DNA of 48,447 nt from NCBI GenBank assembly GCA_038087875.1, contig JAXLNO010000613.1, positions 1 to 48,447 on the forward strand. Reading direction: 5' to 3'. This DNA is from Malacoraja senta. Lineage: Eukaryota. Shown piece by piece: positions 36,721 through 48,447 of this stretch. The first letter of the stretch is position 1, and each line of letters begins with the position of its first letter. The translations under genes and the position numbers were made by a program. The notes under the pieces are model-generated. The model had not been told where the DNA came from, made no database searches, and saw only the letters and a list, made by a program, of their open reading frames with translations.

Positions 36721-36974
36721 GCCTACCAAGTCGCCAATTAACTGGGAAACTGTTTACAATGAGATTGATGCATATCTCTGCTCGATAATCAGATTAATGA
36801 ACTGTGCAAATGGCTGCTCGATTCAAACTAGTCTTGAAATGAGCCCTGTCTCTATATCGCTGCGGTAAAGAGTACTCTGGTAGGTTATGGGATGTGCGCG
36901 GCATGCTCGCACAGGGTGGGGACCAGCAAGACTTCCTGACTCCAGCCAAATGCGGTGGTAAAAGCCAGCTTCGG

Positions 36975-38060
36975 ACGGTAGCTAAAATAAAACAATTCCT
37001 CCAGTTTTGATGACCTGGAAAAGATCCTCCACACATTCATCTCCTCCCGCCTAGATTGCTGCGACTCCCTCTACCCCGGCATCAGCCAATCTTCCCCTGT
37101 CCCGGCCTGCAACTGGTCCAAAACGCCAATCGCAGCGAGATTCCCGACGGGCTCCCGATAAAAGGGGCCACATCGCCCCCCAACCCAGATCCTGGGCCTC
37201 TCTCCGCTGGCTGCGTTTCAAGACATTTCAAGATCCTCCTGCCTGTACAGAGTTTGCGTGTTCTCCCTGTGAAAGCGAATGGTATGTTGGCCTTCATAGC
37301 AAGAGGATTTGAGTATAGGAGCAGGGAGGTTCTACTGCAGTTGTACAGGGTCTTGGTGAGACCACACCTGGAGTATTGTGTGCAGTTTTGGCCCTGTTGG
37401 CCTTCATAACAAGAGGATTTGAGTATAGGAGCAGGGAGGTCCTTCTGCAGTTGTACAGGGCCCTGGTGAGACCACACCTGGAGTATTGCGTACAGTTTTG
37501 GTCTCCAAATCCGAGGAAGGACATTCTTGCCATAGAGGGAGTACAGAGAAGGTTCACCAGACTGATTCCTGGGATGTCAGGACTTTCATATGAAGAAAGA
37601 CCGGATAGACTTGGCTTGTACTCGCTAGAATTTAGGAGATTGAGAGGGGGGATCTTATAGAAACGTACAAAATTCTTATGGGGTCGGACAGGCTAGATGC
37701 AGGAAGATTGTTCCCGATGTTGGGGAAGTCCAGGACAAGGGGTCACAGCTTAAGGATAAGGGGGAAATCCTTTAAGACCGAGATGAGGACAAACTTTTTC
37801 ACACAGAGAGTGGTGAATCTCTGGAACTCTCTGCCACAGAGGGTAGTTGAGGCCAGTTCATTGGCTATATTTAAGAGGGAGTTAGATGTGGCCCCTTGTG
37901 GCTAAAGGGATCAGGGGGTATGGAGAGAAGGCAGGTACGGGATACTGAGTTGGATGATCAGCCATGATCATATTGAATGGCGGTGCAGGCTCGAAGGGCC
38001 GAATGGCCTCTACTCCTGCACCTATTTTCTATGTATCTATCTATGTATGTATCTATGTAT
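36975..38060 (+). mobile_element. L2 fragment (36975-37250) followed by a CR1-A fragment (37268-38060)
   Basis: Reverse complement of 12260-12520, then [12 protein letters not shown]...GTGY and tail. Confidence 0.82.
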
Positions 38061-38436
38061 GACCGCGTGGGTTTTCTCTGGGTGTTCCGGTTTCCAACCG
38101 CACTCCAAAGACGCGTGGGTTTGCGGGTTTGTGGGTTTAAGAAAGAACTGCAGATGCTGGAAAAATGGAGGATGCGACACAAAAACGCTGGAGTAACTCG
38201 GCCAGGGAGGCAGCATCCGCGGAGAGGAGGAACTGGCGAGGTTTCGGGTCGAGGCCCTTCTCTAACGTCTAAAGGGCCCTGTTCCCAGTTTCACGGGTTT
38301 TTCACGAGTTATTGGCGAATTCTCCCGAGTCTTTTCCCCTTGATTCGAACTCCAGGTGTGGTCTCACCAGGGCCCTGTACAACTGCAGAAGATCCCCCTC
38401 TCATCCTTCTAAACCCTTGAGTCTGTACCTTTCCAG

Positions 38437-39687
38437 ACATAGAAACATAGAAACATAGACAATAGGTGCAGGAGTAGAGGCCATTCGGCCCTTCGAGCCT
38501 GCACAGCCATTCAATATGATCATGGCTGATCATCCAACTCAGTATCCCGTACCTGCCTTCTCTCCATACCCCCTGATCCCTTTAGCCACAAGGGCCACAT
38601 CTAACTCCCTCTTAAATATAGCCAATGAACTGGCCTCAACTACCCTTCTGTGGCAGAGAGTTCCACAGATTCACCACTCTCTGTGTGAAAAAGTTTTTCC
38701 TCATCTCGGTCTTAAAGGATTTCCCCCCTTATCCTTAAGCTGTGACCCCTTGTCCTGGACTTCCCCAACATCGGGAACAATCTTCCCGCATCTAGCCTGT
38801 CCAACCCCATAAGAATTTTGTACGTTTCTATAAGATCCCCTCTCAATCTCCTAAATTCTAGCGAGTACAAGCCGAGTCTATCCAGTCTTTCTTCATATGA
38901 AAGTCCTGACATCCCAGGAATCAGTCTGGTGAACCTTCTCTGCACTCCCTCTATGGCTATAATGTCCTTCCTCAGATTTGGAGACCAAAACTGTACGCAA
39001 TACTCCAGGTGTGGTCTCACCAAGACCCTGTACAACTGCAGTAGAACCTCCCTGCTCCTATACTCAAATCCTCTTGCTATGAAGGCCAACATACCATTGG
39101 CTTTCTTCACTGCCTGCTGCACCTGCATGCCTACTTTCAATGACTGGTGTACCATGACACCCAGGTCTCGCTGCATCTCCCCATTTCCTAATCGGCCACC
39201 ATTCAGATAATAGTCTGCTTTCCTGTTTTTGCCACCAAAGTGGATAACCTCACATTTATCCACATTATACTGCATCTGCCAAACATTTGCCCACTCACCC
39301 AGCCTATCCAAGTCACCTTGCAGTCTCCTAGCATCCTCCTCACAGCTAACACTGCCCCCCAGCTTAGTGTCATCCGCAAACTTGGAGATGTTGCTTTCAA
39401 TTCCCTCGTCCAGGTCATTAATATAAATTGTAAATAGCTGGGGTCCCAGCACTGAGCCTTGCGGTACCCCACTAGTCACTGCCTGCCATTGTGAAAAGGA
39501 CCCGTTTACTCCTACTCTTTGCTTCCTGTTTGCCAGCCAGTTCTCTATCCACATCAATACTGAACCCCCAATACCGTGTGCTTTAAGTTTGTATCCTAAT
39601 CTCTTATGTGGGACCTTGTCGAAAGCCTTCTGAAAGTCCAGATACAACACATCCACTGGTTCTCCCCTATCCACTCTACTCGTTACA
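38437..39687 (-). mobile_element. Longest CR1-A copy: 5'-truncated ORF2 covering most of the RT domain plus 3'UTR
   Basis: ORF 38712-39674: YLDFQKAFDKVPH, GVPQGSVLGPQLF, KFADDTK, NVDKC; a one-base frameshift near 38725 separates the last ~60 codons. Confidence 0.95.
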
Positions 39688-40075
39688 TCGCAGGATGTTC
39701 GGAACGAGTCCGTAGATATAATCGTATCGGCTCGTTATGCCAGTCGTAAGTACTTGGGGCATCAAGTTAAGGGCCCGTCCCACCAGCATGCGTCAAGCGC
39801 GATCAAACGTGGTGGGTTGAGGCGTACGGCCTCGCGCTGGGGCCGGTCCCACTTCCAACCGCGGAGTTGTGCGGGGCTGGCCCCCCGACATCAAACTCGC
39901 CAATCAGCTGGGCGGGAGGCGGGCCGACTGAATTTGGACGTCGGGCGGTGACGTCATCGCGCAACGGCACGGCAGGCGGTGACGTCATCGCGCAACGCCA
40001 CGTCGAGGCGGGTGCGTGCGGCCTCCATGCGGCAAGCGGGACGGGCAGGCCCCTTGCCGCGCGGAATTTTTGAAC
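39688..40075 (+). mobile_element. DNA-element fragments: internal piece of the 44215-45954 family, then a CpG-rich element starting ttaagggcccgtcccacc
   Basis: 39690-39765 resembles 45550-45645; the terminus at 39767 resembles aagggcctgtccca. Confidence 0.55.
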
Positions 40076-40077
40076 AC

Positions 40078-41285
40078 CGTCATACGCTGAGAGAATGGAG
40101 CGGCTGGGCTTGTACACTCTGGAGTTTAGAAGGATGAGAGGGTATCTCATTGAAACGTATAAGATTGTTAAGGGCTTGGACACGCTAGAGGCAGGAAACA
40201 TGTTCCCCATGTTGGGGGGGGAGTCCAGAACCAGGGGACACACACACACACACACACAGTTTAAGAATAAGGGGGTCGGCCATTTAGAACGGAGACGAGG
40301 AAACACTTTTTCTCACAGAGTTGTGGTGAGTCTGTGGAATTCTCTGCCTCAGAGAGTTGTGAGTCTGTGGAATTCTCTGCCTCGGAGAGTGGTGAGTCTG
40401 TGGAATTCTCTGCCTCAGAGAGTGGTGAGTCTGTGGGATTCTCTGCCACAGAGAGTTGTGTGAGTCTGTGGAATTCTCTGCCACAGAGAGTGGTGAGCCT
40501 GTGGAATTCTCTGCCACAGAGAGTTGTGAGTCTGTGGGATTCTCTGCCTCAGAGAGTGGTGAGTCTGTGGGATTCTCTGCCACGGAGAGTGGTGAGTCTG
40601 TGGAATTCTCTGCCTCAGAGAGTTGTGAGTCTGTGGAATTCTCTGCCTCAGAGAGTTGTGAGTCTGTGGAATTCTCTGCCTCAGAGAGTTGTGAGTCTGT
40701 GGAATTCTCTGCCTCGGAGAGTGGTGAGTCTGTGGGATTCTCTGCCTCAGAGAGTGGTGAGTCTGTGGAATTCTCTGCCTCAGAGAGTTGTGAGTCTGTG
40801 GAATTCTCTGCCTCGGAGAGTGGTGAGTCTGTGGATTCTCTGCCACAGAGAGTGGTGAGTCTGTGGAATTCTCTGCCTCGGAGAGTGGTGAGTCTGTGGA
40901 ATTCTCTGCCTCAGAGAGTGGTGAGTCTGTGGGATTCTCTGCACAGAGAGTTGTGTGAGTCTGTGGAATTCTCTGCCACAGAGAGTTGTGAGTCTGTGGG
41001 ATTCTCTGCCTCAGAGAGTGGTGAGTCTGTGGAATTCTCTGCCTCAGAGAGTTGGTGAGTCTGTGGAATTCTCTGCCTCAGAGGGCGGTGGAGGCCGGCT
41101 CTCTGGATGCTTTCAAGAGAAGAGCTAGATAGGGCTCTTAAAGATAGTGAGAGAGAGTCAGGGGATATGGGGAGAAGGCAGGAACGGGGTACTGATTGGG
41201 GATGGTCACATTGGATGGCGGTGCTGGCTGGAAGGGCCGAATAGCCTTTACTCCTGCGTCTGTTGTCTGTTGTCTATTATCTATT
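40078..41285 (+). mobile_element. CR1-B fragment containing a 33-bp tandem array
   Basis: ORF 40095-40463, array, then 3'UTR. Confidence 0.88.
40316..41085 (+). repeat. 33-bp CR1-derived minisatellite, ~23 copies (QRVVSLWNSLP unit)
   Basis: gagagttgtgagtctgtggaattctctgcctca repeated. Confidence 0.95.
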
Positions 41286-41724
41286 GGCTCCTTACATATA
41301 ATTTTACAAGAAAATGAAACAAATTGAATTCATAGTTTAGTTTTTTTGGTGGATTCAGGGAAATGGATGATTTGACCCGTTCTTGTTTTTTGTGTTTCTG
41401 ATTAAATAACCGGTTGATTTTTTGTTTTCCTCTTGGCATTAACTAGCTTTTAATTCCTGGCGGTGAGCAGTTGCCCCCTGTGTTAACTGCAGGCATCTCC
41501 TCATGCACGCAATGACGGTTTTCAGCTCGGACCCAACCCCTGGCAACCAAAGATCTGCTCTAAGATCTCCGCTGGCATCAGTCGGCGAGTGACTGCATCC
41601 ATTTTTTTATTGATTAACTTATGGGTGGAAAGGAGCACGTCTTGATCCACGACTCGCCCTCTTGCTGCATCCGCAGTCCTCCTGACCCGCGGGGGCAGAT
41701 GTCGGATTCGGCGGGACAAATCAA

Positions 41725-43495
41725 AATAGGCCGTACACGGTAAACAGTAGGGAATTGAGGAATGCAGTTGAACAGAGGGATCTAGGAATAACTGGGCCTA
41801 GTTCCTGAAGGTGGAATCTCATGTAGATAGGGTGGTAAAGAAAGCTTTTGGTGTGCTGGCCTTTATAAATCAGAGCATTGAGTATAGACGTTGGGATGTA
41901 ACGTTAAGATTGTACAAGGCGTTGGTGAGGACAATTCTGGAGTACGGAGTACAATTCTGCCATACCCCGCAACACTGCTCTCTCTCCCATCCCCCCACTC
42001 ACAACAAAGGCAGAGTCCCCCTAGTCCTCACCTTTCACCCCCACCAGCCGTCACATACAACAAGTGATCCTCCGTCAGTTTCGCCACCTCCAACGTGACC
42101 CCACCACTTGCCACATCTTCCCGTCTCCCCCCACGTCTGCCTTCCGCAAAGACCGCTCCCTCCGTAACTCCCTTGTCAATTCTTCCCTTCCCCTCCCGTA
42201 CCACCACCCTCTCCCCGGGTACTTTCCCCTTGCAACCGCAAGAGATGCAACACTTGTCCCTTCACCTCCCCACCCTCCACTCCATTCAAGGACCCAAGCA
42301 GTCGTTCCAGGTGCGACAGAGGTTCACCTGCATCTCATCCAACTCATCTATTGCATTCGCTGCTCTAGATGCCAGCTGATCTACATCGGTGAAACCAAGC
42401 GGAGGCTTGGCAATTGTTTCGCCCAACACCTCCGGTCGGTCCGCAATAACCAACCTGACCTCCCGGTGGCTCAGCACTTCAACTCCCCCCTCCCATTCCG
42501 TATCTGACCTCTCTGTCCTGGGTCTCCTCCATGGCCACAGCGAGCAACACCGGGAATTGGAGGAAATGCACCTCATATTCCGCTTGGGCAGTCTACATCC
42601 TGGGGGCTTGAACATTGAATTCTCCCAATTCTGCTAGCCCTTGCTGTCCCCTCCCCTTCATCAGCCATCTGGTTGTCTCCTCCCATCCCCCAGCCCTCGG
42701 GCTCCTCCTCCGCCTTTTTCCTTTTTTCCTTTCTTCTCCCCACCCCCTATCGGTCTGAAGAAGGGTTTCGGCCCGAAACGTTGCCTATTTCCTTCGCTCC
42801 ACAGATGCTGCTGCACCCGCTGAGATTCTCCAGCATATTTGTGTACCATTGAGTATAGACGTTGGGATGTAACGTTAAGATTGTACAAGGCATTGGTGAG
42901 GCCAATTCTGGAGTATGGAGTACAATTTTGGTCGCCTAATTATAGGAAGGATGTCAACAAAATAGAGAGAGTACAGAGGAGATTTACTAGGATGTTGCCT
43001 GGTTTCAGCAACTAAGTTACAGAGAAAGGTTGAACAAGTTAGGTCTTTATTCTTTGGAGCAGCAGAAGTTAAGAGGGGACTTGATAGAGGTCTTTAAATT
43101 ATGAGCGGGTTAGACAGAGTTGACGTGGATAAGCTTTTCCCATTGAGAATCGGGAAGATTCAAACAAGGGGACGTGATTTGAGAATTAAGGGGAGAATTA
43201 AGTTTAGGGGGAACATTAGGGGGAACTTCTTTACTCAGAGAGTGGTAGCTGTGTGGAATGAGCTTCCGGTGGAAGTGGTGGAGGCTGGTTCGATTTTATC
43301 CTTTAAAAATAGATTGGATGGGTATATGGACGGGAAAGGAATGGAGGGTTATGGTCTGAGTGCAGGTAGATGGGACTAGGGGGAAGTATTTATTTTTAAT
43401 TTAAAAAATATATATATTTAAATGTTTCGGCACGGACTTGAAGGGCCGAGATGGGCCTGTTTCCGTGCTGTTATGGTTATATGGTTATATGGTTA
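41725..43495 (+). mobile_element. Divergent CR1 subfamily D (41725-41959 and 42847-43495) interrupted by a Penelope-like element
   Basis: VESHVDRVVKKAFGVLAFINQSIEYR...[15 protein letters not shown]...GMEGYGLSAGRWD*; (GTTATATG)n tail. Confidence 0.85.
41960..42846 (+). mobile_element. Penelope-like element 3' part with GIY-YIG endonuclease remnant
   Basis: RVPLVLTFHP, AFRKDRSLRNSLV, IYCIRCSRCQLIYIGETKRRLG, HLIFRLGSLHPGGLNIEFSQF*, terminal ctgaagaagggtttcggcccgaaacg; frameshifted. Confidence 0.85.
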
Positions 43496-44214
43496 TAAGT
43501 CGGCCCTGTTTCGCTCTCATCCAGCTGTTGGTCTCTCCCCCGAGGACGCCTGTCAGGTGTGTGATTGGTGAAGCGGAAAAACTGCAGCAGGCTGGTGGGG
43601 AGAGAGAGAGGGGTTGGTGATGAGGCTGTGTGGTTTGACGCTGAATGGTGGCGATTGAAGCGACCGCAATCTTTCACTCTGCAAGGTACGTTTGGCCGAA
43701 TCGGACGCCAACGAAAGGGGACTGATTATTTGACCGCGTTTCCTTATCCCAATTTTTTGACGATTTGTCCCCTTTTTCATGCCGTGTCCGTAATGCCGGA
43801 CGTTAAAATACTGCAAACCTGTTCCGTGAACAGGAGAGATTGGACCAGTCACGGCCTGCAAGACGGCGATCATTTCAGAGCGGGAAAAACAGCCTTTTAT
43901 TATTTTTTATTATTTAAAAAAAAAAAAAAAAAATACTGGATGTGGTCATCGCTTGGGATTGCCCTTTGATAATTGCTTCCTGGATTGAGATCTCCAGACC
44001 CAGTGACTTCCAGGAGCAGCCAGTGGGTCTGGAGTCGCGTATATCGTCAAGGACATTGGGGGGGGGGGGGGGTGAACCAAATGAGGTTTTGCAGCCGCTG
44101 TCTCGCGGCCAACATTTCCGATGCTGCTTTTCTAATCAATTCATTGTTCCAGTTTAAACTCTCCGACCGCTGTGCTGGGATTTGATCTTGTGTTTCCTGA
44201 TCAGTGGGTCCGGA

Positions 44215-45954
44215 AAGGGCCTGTCCCAATTCTCCCGAGTTGTTCACCAATTCTCCCCAGTTGCTCCGAATTCTCCCCAGTTGCTCCGAATTCTCCCCAG
44301 TTGCTCCCCAATTCTCCCCAGTTGCTCCCGAATTCTCCCGAGTTGTTCCCGAATTCTCCCGCGTTGCTCCCGAATTCTCCCCAGTTGCTCCCGAATTATC
44401 CTCGGTTGTTCCCGAATTATCCCAGTTGTTCCCGAGTTCTCCCCAGTTGCTCCCGAATTCTCCCCAGTTGCTCCCGAATTCTCCCAGTTGCTCCCCAATT
44501 CTCCCGAGTTGCTCCCCAATTCTCCCAGTTGCTCCCCAATTCTCCCGCTTTGTTCCCCAATTCTCCTCAGTTGTTCCCGAATTCTCCCCAGTTGCTCCCG
44601 AATTCTCCCGCGTTGTTCCCGAATTCTCCCGCGTTGTTCCCGAATTCTCCCCAGTTGCTCCCGAATTCTCCCCAGTTGCTCCCGAATTCTCCCCAGTTGC
44701 TCCCCAATTCTCCCAGTTGCTCCCGAATTCTCCCGAGTTGTTCCCGAATTCTCCCCAGTTGCTCCCGAATTCTCCCCAGTTGCTCCCGAATTCTCCCCAG
44801 TTGCTCCCCGAATTCTCCTCAGTTGCTCCCCGAATTCTCCCCAGTTGCTCCCCAATTCTCCCCAGTTGTTCCCGAATTCTCCCCAGTTGTTCCCGAATTC
44901 TCCCGCGTTGTTCCCGAATTCTCCCCAGTTGCTCCCGAATTCTCCCCAGTTGTTCCCGAATTCTCCCCAGTTGCTCCCGAATTCTCCCCAGTTGCTCCCG
45001 AATTCTCCCCAGTTGCTCCCGAATTCTCCCCAGTTGTTCCCGAATTCTCCCCAGTTGCTCCCGAATTCTCCCCAGTTGCTCCCGAATTCTCCCCAGTTGC
45101 TCCCGAATTCTCCCCAGTTGCTCCCGAATTCTCCCAGTTGCTCCCCAATTCTCCCCAGTTGTTCCCGAATTCTCCCGCGTTGTTCCCGAATTCTCCCAGT
45201 TGTTCCCGAATTCTCCCAGTTGTTCCCGAATTCTCCCGCGTTGTTCCCGAATTCTCCCAGTTGCTCCCGAATTCTCCCAGTTGTTCCCGAATTCTCCCCA
45301 GTTGTTCCCGAATTCTCCCGCGTTGTTCCCGAATTCTCCCCAGTTGCTCCCGAATTCTCCCCAGTTGCTCCCGAATTCTCCCCAGTTGCTCCCGAATTCT
45401 CCCAGTTGTTCCCGAATTCTCCCAGTTGCTCCGAATTCTCCCCAGTTGCTCCCGAATTCTCCCAGTTGTTCCCGAGTTCTCCCGCGTTGTTCCCCAATTC
45501 TCCCGAGTTGTTCACCAATTCTCCCGAGTTTTCCCCTTGATTCAATGTTCGCAGAATGTTCGTAACGGGTCCATAGGAGGTGGTAGGACTTTGTAGATAT
45601 ATCGTAGCGGCTCGCTACGCCAGCCGTAGGTACTCGCGGCATCAGATAAGTCGGGAAGTTTTTTTCCAGCCTGTTAGAAAAAAAATGTCCACGAGTTTAA
45701 AAAAAAAAATGGTCGGGATGAAGAAATCGCAACCTTTTACTCGTAAAAGGAGGGAATCGAAATAGTCGTGGGCATTCGTTTTTTTACCCGTGGACATTTT
45801 TCACGGTGATTGAAAATAAATTGTTACTCGTAGGAGCTCGTGGAAGGTCGTAGGAGCTCGTGGAAGGTCGTAGGAGCTCGTGGAATACCACGAGTTTGAT
45901 TTTTTTTAACTCGGGAGAGCTCTTGGGTAAACTTGCATCGTGGGACAGGGGCTT
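44215..45954. mobile_element. Non-autonomous TIR DNA transposon (superfamily uncertain; PIF/Harbinger- or Kolobok-like)
   Basis: Left aagggcctgtccca, right tgggacaggggctt (reverse complement aagcccctgtccca); subterminal tctcccgagtt / aactcgggaga also inverted; related pieces at 8462-8755, 38270-38350 and 39690-39765. Confidence 0.7.
44226..45530. repeat. 20-22-bp minisatellite (consensus CCAGTTGCTCCCGAATTCTCC), ~60 copies
   Basis: Directly visible; explains all long ORFs at 44047-45642. Confidence 0.97.
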
Positions 45955-46029
45955 AAGGGTGTTATGGGGGAAGAGGCAGGAGACTAGGGTTGAGAGGGAA
46001 AGATCAGTCGTGATTTGCACGGCAGAGTG

Positions 46030-46915
46030 ACATAGAAACATAGACAATAGGTGCAGGAGTAGAGGCCATTCGGCCCTTCGAGCCAGCACCGCCATTCGAT
46101 ATGATCATGGCTGATCATCCAACTCAGTATCCCGTACCTGCCTTCTCTCCAGACCCCCTGATCCCTTTAGCCACAAGGGCCACATCTAACTCCCTCTTAA
46201 ATATAGCCAATGAACTGGCCTCAACTACCTTCTGCGGCAGAGAATTCCACAGATTCACCACTCTCTGTGTGAAAAGAAAAAAAAATGATTTTCTCATCTC
46301 AGTCCTAAAAGACTTCCCTCTTATCCTTAAACTGTGACCCCTAGTCCTGGACTTCCCCAACATCGGGAACAATCTTCCTGCATCTAGCCTGTCCAACCCC
46401 TTAAGAATTTTGTAAGTTTCTATAAGATCCCCTCTCAATCTCCTAAATTCTAGCGAGTACAAGCCGAGTCTATCCAGTCTTTCTTCATATGAAAGTCCTG
46501 CCATCCCAGGAATCAGTCTGGTGAACCTTCTCTGTACTCCCTCTATGGCAAGAATGTCTTTCCTCAGATTAGGAGACCAGAACTGTACGCAATACTCCAG
46601 GTGTGGTCTCACCAGGGCCCTGTACAACTGCAGAAGGACCTCTTTGCTCCTATGCTCAACTCCCCTTGTTATGAAGGCCAACAGGCCAAACTGTACGCGA
46701 TACTCCAGGTGTGGTCTCACCAAGACCCTGTACAACTGCAGTAGAACCTCCCTGCTCCTATGCTCAACTCCCCTTGTTATGAAGGCCAACAGGCCAAAAC
46801 TGTACGCAATACTCCAGGTGTGGTCTCACCAAGACCCTGTACAACTGCAGTAGAACCTCCCTGCTCCTATACTCAAATCCTCTTGCTATGAATGCTAACA
46901 TACTATTCGCCTTCT
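46030..46915 (-). mobile_element. CR1-A fragment with three ~109-bp units
   Basis: ORF 46124-46789. Confidence 0.9.
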
Positions 46916-47065
46916 CTGATCAAAATTATTAAAAGCTTTGACGGAGGATAACAATACTTCTAGAGTGAGTGGAACTGCTGATCCGTCACCCTTGGGATTC
47001 TGTTGCTGTTGCAGCAATTGACCAATTTCCAGGCCTATTCGATACACAATTATAATTTTTTAAAA

Positions 47066-47800
47066 AGAGCAAAGAGGTCCTTCTGCAGTTGTACAGGGCC
47101 CTGGTGAGACCACACCTGGAGTATTGTGTGTAGTTTGGGCCTGTTGGCCTTCATAACAAGAGGAGTCGAGTACAGGAGCAAAGAGGCCCTTCTGCAGTTG
47201 TACAGGGCCTTGGTGAGACCACACCTGGAGTATTGTGTGCAGTTTTGGCCTGTTGGCCTTCATAACAAGAGGAGTCGAGTACAGGAGCAAAGGAGGTCCT
47301 TCTGCAGTTGTACAGGGCCCTGGTGAGACCACACCTGGAGTATTGTGTCCAGTTTTGGCCTGTTGGCCTTCATAACAAGAGGAGTCGAGTACAGGAGCAA
47401 AGGAGGTCCTTCTGCAGTTGTACAGGGCCCTGGTGAGACCACACCTGGAGTATTGTGTGCAGTTTTGGTCCCCTAATTTGAGGAAGGACATCCTTGTGAT
47501 CGAGGGAGCCCAGCGTAGGTTCACCAGATCGATCCCTGGGATGGCGGGACTGTCGTATGAGGAAAGATTTGAAAAGACTGGGCTTGTATTCACTGGAGTT
47601 TAGAAGGATGAGGGGGGTGGGGGGGATCTTATAGAAACTTATAAAAGGACTGGACAAGCTGGATGCAGGAAGAATGTTCCCAATGTTGGGCGAGTCCGGA
47701 ACCAGGGCCACACACAGTCTTAGAATAAAGGGGAGGCCATTTAAGACTAAGGTGAGAAAAAACTTTTTCTTTTCCACCCAGAGAGTTGTGTGAATCTGTG
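47066..47800 (+). mobile_element. CR1 B/C chimeric fragment with four ~109-bp units
   Basis: Units near 47066, 47140, 47247 and 47357; C-type 3' part. Confidence 0.85.
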
Positions 47801-48185
47801 TTTTTTAAATGTGCGATATTAACTAAATGTGACTAACTATAGCAGAACATTGATCGGCAGCTAATGGGAAAGTGGTCTCTAGGCAACCTAGGGGTCTTTC
47901 AGAACGTCTCCCCTCTTAGGGAACATTAATTCTGATTGATTATTGATTGTGGTTGAATTGAAAACCATTTCATCGCTGCCAGTCATTGTTCGGAGGCGTT
48001 GGCTGGCTTGTGTGTGTGTGTGTGTATACATCAACAAAGAGGGCCGAACTGTCGAACCTGCTCGAGGAGGCAGATGCGTTCGTCACTCCCGGGAGGAGTT
48101 TGATTTTTCAAACGTTAAGTGGACTTTCTAATTTTTAATCCGAGGTGAGTCTGGTGTTTCTTGGTGCCACTTGTCCAGCAAAGTC

Positions 48186-48447
48186 CAGTACAGGAGCAGG
48201 GAGGTTCTACTGCAGTTGTACAGGGCCCTGGTGAGACCACACCTGGAGTGTTGGGTACAGTTTTGGCCCTGTTGGCCTTCATAACAAGAGGAGTTGAGTA
48301 TAGGAGCAGGGAGGTTCTACTGCAGTTGTACAGGGTCTTGGTGAGACCACACCTGGAGTATCGCGTACAGTTTTGGCCCTGTTGGCCTTCATAACAAGAG
48401 GAGTTGAGTATAGGAGCAGGGAGGTTCTACTGCAGTTGTACAGGGCC
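48186..48447 (+). mobile_element. CR1-derived ~110-bp tandem units running off the window end
   Basis: cagttttggccctgttggccttcataacaag junctions near 48260 and 48370. Confidence 0.85.

Noticed and set aside
38712..39674. Intact RT gene, retron or other prokaryotic RT system
   Set aside because: 5'-truncated CR1 ORF2 with no endonuclease domain and a C-terminal frameshift; an ordinary dead LINE copy.
39767..40075. CpG-island promoter with CRE (TGACGTCA x2), GC and CCAAT boxes
   Set aside because: Starts at a TIR-like terminus and sits between repeat fragments, so it is more likely a young DNA element than a host promoter; not fully excluded.
44047..45642. Long ORFs of 433-531 aa in several frames
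   Set aside because: Translations of a 21-bp minisatellite, open on both strands.

Overview
Vertebrate, not microbial, DNA. The repeat complement (CR1/HER1-like LINEs, V-SINEs, Penelope-like GIY-YIG elements, L2) points to a cartilaginous fish, probably a skate or ray; this is inference. Most of the window is 5'-truncated, nested and tandemly duplicated retroelement debris, so nearly all ORFs in the track are LINE fragments or repeat artefacts. A 200-N scaffold gap lies at 25036-25235. The ORF track misses the 5' end of a real minus-strand host gene, an L1CAM orthologue: a signal-peptide exon (CDS 10202-10106), an 18-nt microexon (5976-5959) and the 106-nt first Ig-domain exon (4825-4720). 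These splice in frame to [73 protein letters not shown](T). Main points of interest: (1) the microexon has neural SRRM3/4-type splice architecture, adds an N-glycosylation sequon (NQT) and is bracketed by inverted CR1 copies; (2) dispersed CR1 copies share several identical rearrangement junctions (109-bp, ~172-bp, ~122-bp and 29-bp units), some crossing subfamily boundaries, suggesting DNA-level spreading or mobilised composite templates; (3) several insertions are flanked by 70-85 bp duplications; (4) minisatellites can be traced to their parent elements. No prokaryotic system or CRISPR array is present. Repeat boundaries were read by eye and are approximate.
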